A stretch of DNA of 64,000 bases, from assembly GCA_011053095.1 (NCBI GenBank), contig DRHS01000127.1, positions 27,035-91,034 on the forward strand, written 5' to 3'. The notes below the pieces were generated by a model. The model was not told the DNA's origin, did no database searches, and saw nothing but the letters and a program-made list of their open reading frames with translations. Positions 60,412-64,000 of this stretch are shown here, one piece after another; the stretch's first letter is position 1; every line of letters begins with the position of its first letter. The position numbers were made by a program, and so were the translations under genes. Source of the stretch: Bacteroides sp. Its GTDB lineage: Bacteria > Bacteroidota > Bacteroidia > Bacteroidales > SM23-62.

Positions 60412-61218
60412 ATGAATTTTCAGGATAAAACAATTCTCGGTAAAACGGGATTGAAGGTGGGCCGGATGGGGATCGCCTCAAGCTATGGTGCACCAGCAGA
60501 AGCATACGAAGAAGCCTTTGAGAAAGGCTGTAATTATTTCACTGCCGGAAGTTTCATGCGCGGCCGCAGGGCAGGCATTGTAAAAGCTATCCATAATATT
60601 GTCAAAAAGGGCAAACGTGAAGAACTGGTTGTAGCAATGGCAGAATATACCCATAACAGGTTCATGGGACAGCCTAATTTTCTAAGGGGACTAAAAAAGC
60701 TTGGACTGGAATATGTTGATGTTCTTTTCCTGGGGTATTATTCCAGGAAGCCCCGTGCGGGTCTGATAAGCTGGGCATCAACCCTTAAAGAAAAGGGACT
60801 TGTGAGGCACATCGGGATCTCGTCCCATAACCGTTCATTGTTCCCCGTCCTTGCGGAGGAAGGGATTATAGATGTTTTTCATGTGAGGTACAATGCGGCC
60901 AACAGAGGAGCGGAAAGCGATGTATTCCCCCAGCTGCCAATGGAAAACAAACCTGGAATTGTATCTTTTACGGCAACCCGATGGGGACAATTACTGAATA
61001 AAAAAAAGATGCCTCCCGGTGAGGAACCCCTCTCAGCCAGCGATTGTTATCGTTTTGTTCTGAGCAATCCCTCCGTAGATCTTTGTCTTACCGGAACACG
61101 CAATCACGATATGATGCGGGAAAACCTGAAAACCCTGGAGCTTGGCCCTCTTACTGAAGAAGAAATGAAAAGGATACGCCTGATCGGAGATTATGTCTAC
61201 GGGAAACCCCGTGCCTGA
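60412..61218 (+). CDS. aldo/keto reductase family protein
   Basis: 268 aa with AKR-like GISSH and MGIASSYG segments. Last gene with core-like base composition. Confidence 0.75.
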   Translation: MNFQDKTILGKTGLKVGRMGIASSYGAPAEAYEEAFEKGCNYFTAGSFMRGRRAGIVKAIHNIVKKGKREELVVAMAEYTHNRFMGQPNFLRGLKKLGLEYVDVLFLGYYSRKPRAGLISWASTLKEKGLVRHIGISSHNRSLFPVLAEEGIIDVFHVRYNAANRGAESDVFPQLPMENKPGIVSFTATRWGQLLNKKKMPPGEEPLSASDCYRFVLSNPSVDLCLTGTRNHDMMRENLKTLELGPLTEEEMKRIRLIGDYVYGKPRA

Positions 61219-61341
61219 GAAGCAGGGTTCATTGTAAAACTAAAGAACAAATATCATTTAAGATAGTTGTATAATTAAGGATTAGCGGGGTTTTTGTTAA
61301 TAATGTAAATTTTGATAATTTAATATGATTTCGTAATATTG

Positions 61342-61360
61342 TGTAAACCTTATGTAAACC
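61342..61360 (+). repeat. tandem TGTAAACC direct repeat (11-nt register) just upstream of the integrase start
   Basis: TGTAAACC at 61342-61349 and 61353-61360. Related TGTAAA(A/T) copies at 61233-61240 and 61304-61310. Confidence 0.7.
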
Positions 61361-61367
61361 GAAAGAA

Positions 61368-62570
61368 ATGGCAACCGTAAAAATCGTCCTGTACGAGTCC
61401 AAAAAGCTTTCAAAGGGTAAATACCCTATTATGCTACGAATAACCACTCAGGGGACGCGAAAATACGTTTCATTGGGACATTCTGCCACATCCCAGGAAT
61501 GGGAGGAACTAAGAAACCCGGAAAATAACTCCAAACTGGCAAAGTTGATCCGAAAACGCCAGGCAGATGCAGACAAAATAATTGACCGTTATGAATATGA
61601 CGGGATTGAATTTACTGGTGACCAGTTTTATAATGAATGGGCCAGGAGGTTAAAGGGTACAATGACGGTGTTTAAGTTCTTCGATGAGCGGATACAATAC
61701 TTCAAAAAAAAGAAAAAACCCGGTAATGCAGCTGTATATACAACAACAAAGAACTGTTTATCTAAATTCAGAAAAAATAAGGATCTCCGATTTACAGATA
61801 TTACCCCTCAGTTCCTGAACAAATATAAAGACTACTTGGAAGATGAGCGGGGCATTTCGGGTAATACTATGAGTATATATCTGCGAACCCTGAGGGCGGT
61901 GTATAATGAAGCCATTGAACAGGGCCATGTTCACCGGGATCTTTACCCCTTTAGCAGACGCAAATTTAATATTTCTGAACTATCTGAGGAAACCGCTAAA
62001 CGGGCCTTAACTAAAGAAGAGATGCAAAAAATCAATTCTAAGGACCTTAAAGAACATCCCGAGTTAATCGATGCAAAAAATATCTTCATGTTCTCATTCT
62101 TTGCCCGTGGTATTCAGTTTTTTGACATAGCTCATCTTACCTGGGATCATATCCAGGGGGACCGCTTAAATTATAAACGCAAAAAAACAAAGGTTTACTT
62201 CAATGTCAAGATACAACCGGAAACCGGGAATATACTGGAGTATTTCAAACGAAAAAAGACAGGCAGTAACTTCATTTTTCCTATCCTGGACCACCGGATA
62301 CACAAAACCGAGCAGCAAAAGTTTGACCGTATTATTAGAGTAAGGAAACAGATAAACAAAAAACTCAAATTGCTGTCAGTGGTTGCGGATGTGAAACCCT
62401 TTACAACATATTGGGCCAGACATAGCTATGCAAGTATTCAGAAGTTCAACGGAACACCCGCCTCAATGATAAAAGAACTGTTAGGACATTCAACGGAACA
62501 GGTTACTCAGATATACCTAGATAAGTTCGGAAATGAAATGCTTGACTCATTGGATGAAAGCCTTATCTAG
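61368..62570 (+). CDS. int: site-specific tyrosine integrase (Bacteroidetes type with N-terminal arm-binding and SAM-like domains)
   Basis: N-terminus MATVKIVLYESKKLSKGKYPIMLRIT typical of the Bacteroidetes arm-binding domain. Catalytic region ARHSYAS...LGHSTEQVTQIYL (R, HxxR and Y elements). Confidence 0.9.
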   Translation: MATVKIVLYESKKLSKGKYPIMLRITTQGTRKYVSLGHSATSQEWEELRNPENNSKLAKLIRKRQADADKIIDRYEYDGIEFTGDQFYNEWARRLKGTMTVFKFFDERIQYFKKKKKPGNAAVYTTTKNCLSKFRKNKDLRFTDITPQFLNKYKDYLEDERGISGNTMSIYLRTLRAVYNEAIEQGHVHRDLYPFSRRKFNISELSEETAKRALTKEEMQKINSKDLKEHPELIDAKNIFMFSFFARGIQFFDIAHLTWDHIQGDRLNYKRKKTKVYFNVKIQPETGNILEYFKRKKTGSNFIFPILDHRIHKTEQQKFDRIIRVRKQINKKLKLLSVVADVKPFTTYWARHSYASIQKFNGTPASMIKELLGHSTEQVTQIYLDKFGNEMLDSLDESLI

Positions 62571-62620
62571 AATCGCTCCAGTTAAGATATTTTGTAAATT
62601 ACAGTAACCAAAACTGAATT

Positions 62621-63259
62621 ATGGAATTTTACAATAAGGTTGAACAAGCAACGGTCAAACTTAATTACGATTACTATAAGGAAAATGGAGATATTACCCG
62701 CAGCAAAGACACGCAGGGGGTCATTGTTCAAAATGGCTATATTCTAACTGCTGCTCATTGTCTTGACTTGAACCAACTTAAAGATGCATACCAGGGGGAC
62801 TATTATCATATTTATATTAAAAATCAATACGAGAGTAATAAGTGTAGAGCGATTCCGATGGTTGTTGAACAAATGAGAGATATTGCAGTTCTAGGAAGAC
62901 CGGATAAAGATGACATAACAAATGAACATAAACATTTCGATGTATTTATAAACGAGGTTGAACCTCTGAGTATTAATACCGATTTCAAACTTGTTAATAA
63001 CCAGCCAGTGCATTGTTTTACACATACCGGAGAATGGATAAAGGGCAAAATTCTGTTTCCAGATAATGAAGACATGGGTTTTTTATTGGTTGAGTTTGAA
63101 AAGAAGTTTAAGGGCGGTACATCTGGGGGGCCAATTGTGAACGACTCAGGAGAATTAATGGCTGTTGTTTCAGGTGGTAACTATGATAATATGCATAATC
63201 CTTACATCTGTCGGTGTTTACCGCAATGGATACTGGAAAAGATTCTTAAGGAAGATTAG
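62621..63259 (+). CDS. cytoplasmic trypsin-fold serine protease (Trypsin_2-like)
   Basis: Triad motifs in order: LTAAHC (H46), RDIAVL (D87), GGTSGGPIV (S168). No signal peptide, 212 aa. Confidence 0.8.
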   Translation: MEFYNKVEQATVKLNYDYYKENGDITRSKDTQGVIVQNGYILTAAHCLDLNQLKDAYQGDYYHIYIKNQYESNKCRAIPMVVEQMRDIAVLGRPDKDDITNEHKHFDVFINEVEPLSINTDFKLVNNQPVHCFTHTGEWIKGKILFPDNEDMGFLLVEFEKKFKGGTSGGPIVNDSGELMAVVSGGNYDNMHNPYICRCLPQWILEKILKED

Positions 63260-63302
63260 TCCCGGTCATTGAGCCTGGTTTTTTTGTATCTTAAAAGGAA
63301 AA

Positions 63303-64000
63303 ATGATTACTTATTTATTAGGAGCCGGGGCCAGCTACAATTGTATTCCTGTAGTTGGAAATTTTAAGCAAAGGGTTGATGGCCTGCTGAAATACATAAC
63401 CAAAACTTATGTGAATAGAACGGCAAAGAATGATATTAAAGACTATGAATCTTTTGCTGCTTTTCTAAAGGATTTCAATCGATTCTTTTCTTGGCTAATG
63501 AACGAGGAATCTGCGGATCTACTGGCAATGAAGCTCTACAAAAGTGAAAAATTCGAATTTTTTTATGAGACAAAAATTTGGTTGACATTAGTTATTTTAT
63601 TGTTTCAGTACTATCGACCGCACGACGCGAGATATGACAAATTCTTTGCAAATATTTATCAAGACTTTGATGGTCCAATAAGTAATATATCTCGACAAAT
63701 GGCTGTGATATCATGGAATTATGATATTCAGTTTGAAATTTCATATTCAGATTTTTTGGATAAAGGGGCTGTTATGAATACTAGGATGATTCAGGCTGAG
63801 CTTGATGTTTATCCAAGTTTTTCAAATAATGATTCATTTAGCAAATTCTCTATTACCAAGTTAAATGGATCGGCTATTGTACAAGACCACTCGTTATCAA
63901 ATGAAATGATTTTTGATATTCAGCAGTTAAATCGAGAACGCATAATCAAAGATGATAACCAACATGGTTTATTGCATCCTGAAGTAATTAATAATATTGT
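63303..64000 (+). CDS. SIR2-like (SIR2_2/ThsA-type NADase fold) protein, 5' partial (runs off window)
   Basis: My own translation from the ATG at 63303 stays open to 64000 (232+ codons). It is not in the ORF track because it is unterminated. LLGAGAS (aa 5-11), ISWNYDIQFE (N139) and TKLNGS (aa 185-190) parallel ThsA FAGAGLS / TTNYDRLIE / KMHGD. Confidence 0.6.
   Translation, partial: MITYLLGAGASYNCIPVVGNFKQRVDGLLKYITKTYVNRTAKNDIKDYESFAAFLKDFNRFFSWLMNEESADLLAMKLYKSEKFEFFYETKIWLTLVILLFQYYRPHDARYDKFFANIYQDFDGPISNISRQMAVISWNYDIQFEISYSDFLDKGAVMNTRMIQAELDVYPSFSNNDSFSKFSITKLNGSAIVQDHSLSNEMIFDIQQLNRERIIKDDNQHGLLHPEVINNI

Larger units (their letters stand above)
61219..64000. mobile_element. left end of an integrase-led AT-rich genomic island (extends beyond the window)
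   Basis: Visible drop in GC after 61218. A tyrosine integrase is the first gene, followed by accessory-type cargo genes. No tRNA at the junction. Confidence 0.6.

Noticed and set aside
1-64000. Search for CRISPR arrays, rRNA, IS elements, inverted-repeat transposon ends, and long direct or inverted repeats
   Set aside because: I saw no regularly spaced repeats, no transposase-like ORFs and no rRNA-like conserved segments. The only mobile-element signature is the integrase at 61368. This was a by-eye scan, so short or degenerate repeats could have been missed.

Overview
This 64 kb window looks like a Bacteroidota chromosome segment. Supporting signs are a T9SS C-terminal sorting domain on a secreted M1 peptidase, many lipoprotein and Tat signals, TAnnTTTG-type -7 boxes, no obvious Shine-Dalgarno sites, and a Bacteroidetes-type tyrosine integrase. 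I support about 57 tightly packed protein genes. By eye I found no rRNA, tRNA or CRISPR array. Left to right, the content is: (1) a Gfo/Idh/MocA oxidoreductase, ApbE and PmoA-like group. (2) A GT2, ArnT-like and PAP2 envelope-lipid modification trio. (3) PPK2, then a glycopeptide-scavenging trio of M1 peptidase, glycosylasparaginase and GalM. (4) A fused ABC-G type transporter with a nucleoside-hydrolase-like gene, facing a convergent HlyD-TolC pair. (5) A run of AKR, sulfatase, PHP, HAD and CotH-like genes. (6) A transaldolase, SIS isomerase, isochorismatase and PfkB kinase operon. (7) A nitrogen-assimilation neighbourhood: OM barrel, P-II, Amt, stand-alone TrpB2 and GltBD. (8) A tricorn-like protease, DUF1287, a second sulfatase, KefC with a KefF-like partner, ThuA, MBL, ICMT-like and AKR genes. 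The most unusual items are these. (a) From about 61.2 kb to the right edge there is an AT-rich integrase-led island. It carries a signal-less trypsin-fold protease followed by a SIR2/ThsA-like ORF whose expected catalytic His is Asn. That ORF runs off the window, so this candidate defence-type module is incomplete here. (b) A 21-codon W-R-W leader ORF plus an intrinsic terminator lies in the 5' leader of stand-alone trpB2. (c) A terminator-like hairpin lies in a roughly 180-nt leader of gltBD. All functional calls come from motif recognition in the supplied translations. No database search was run.
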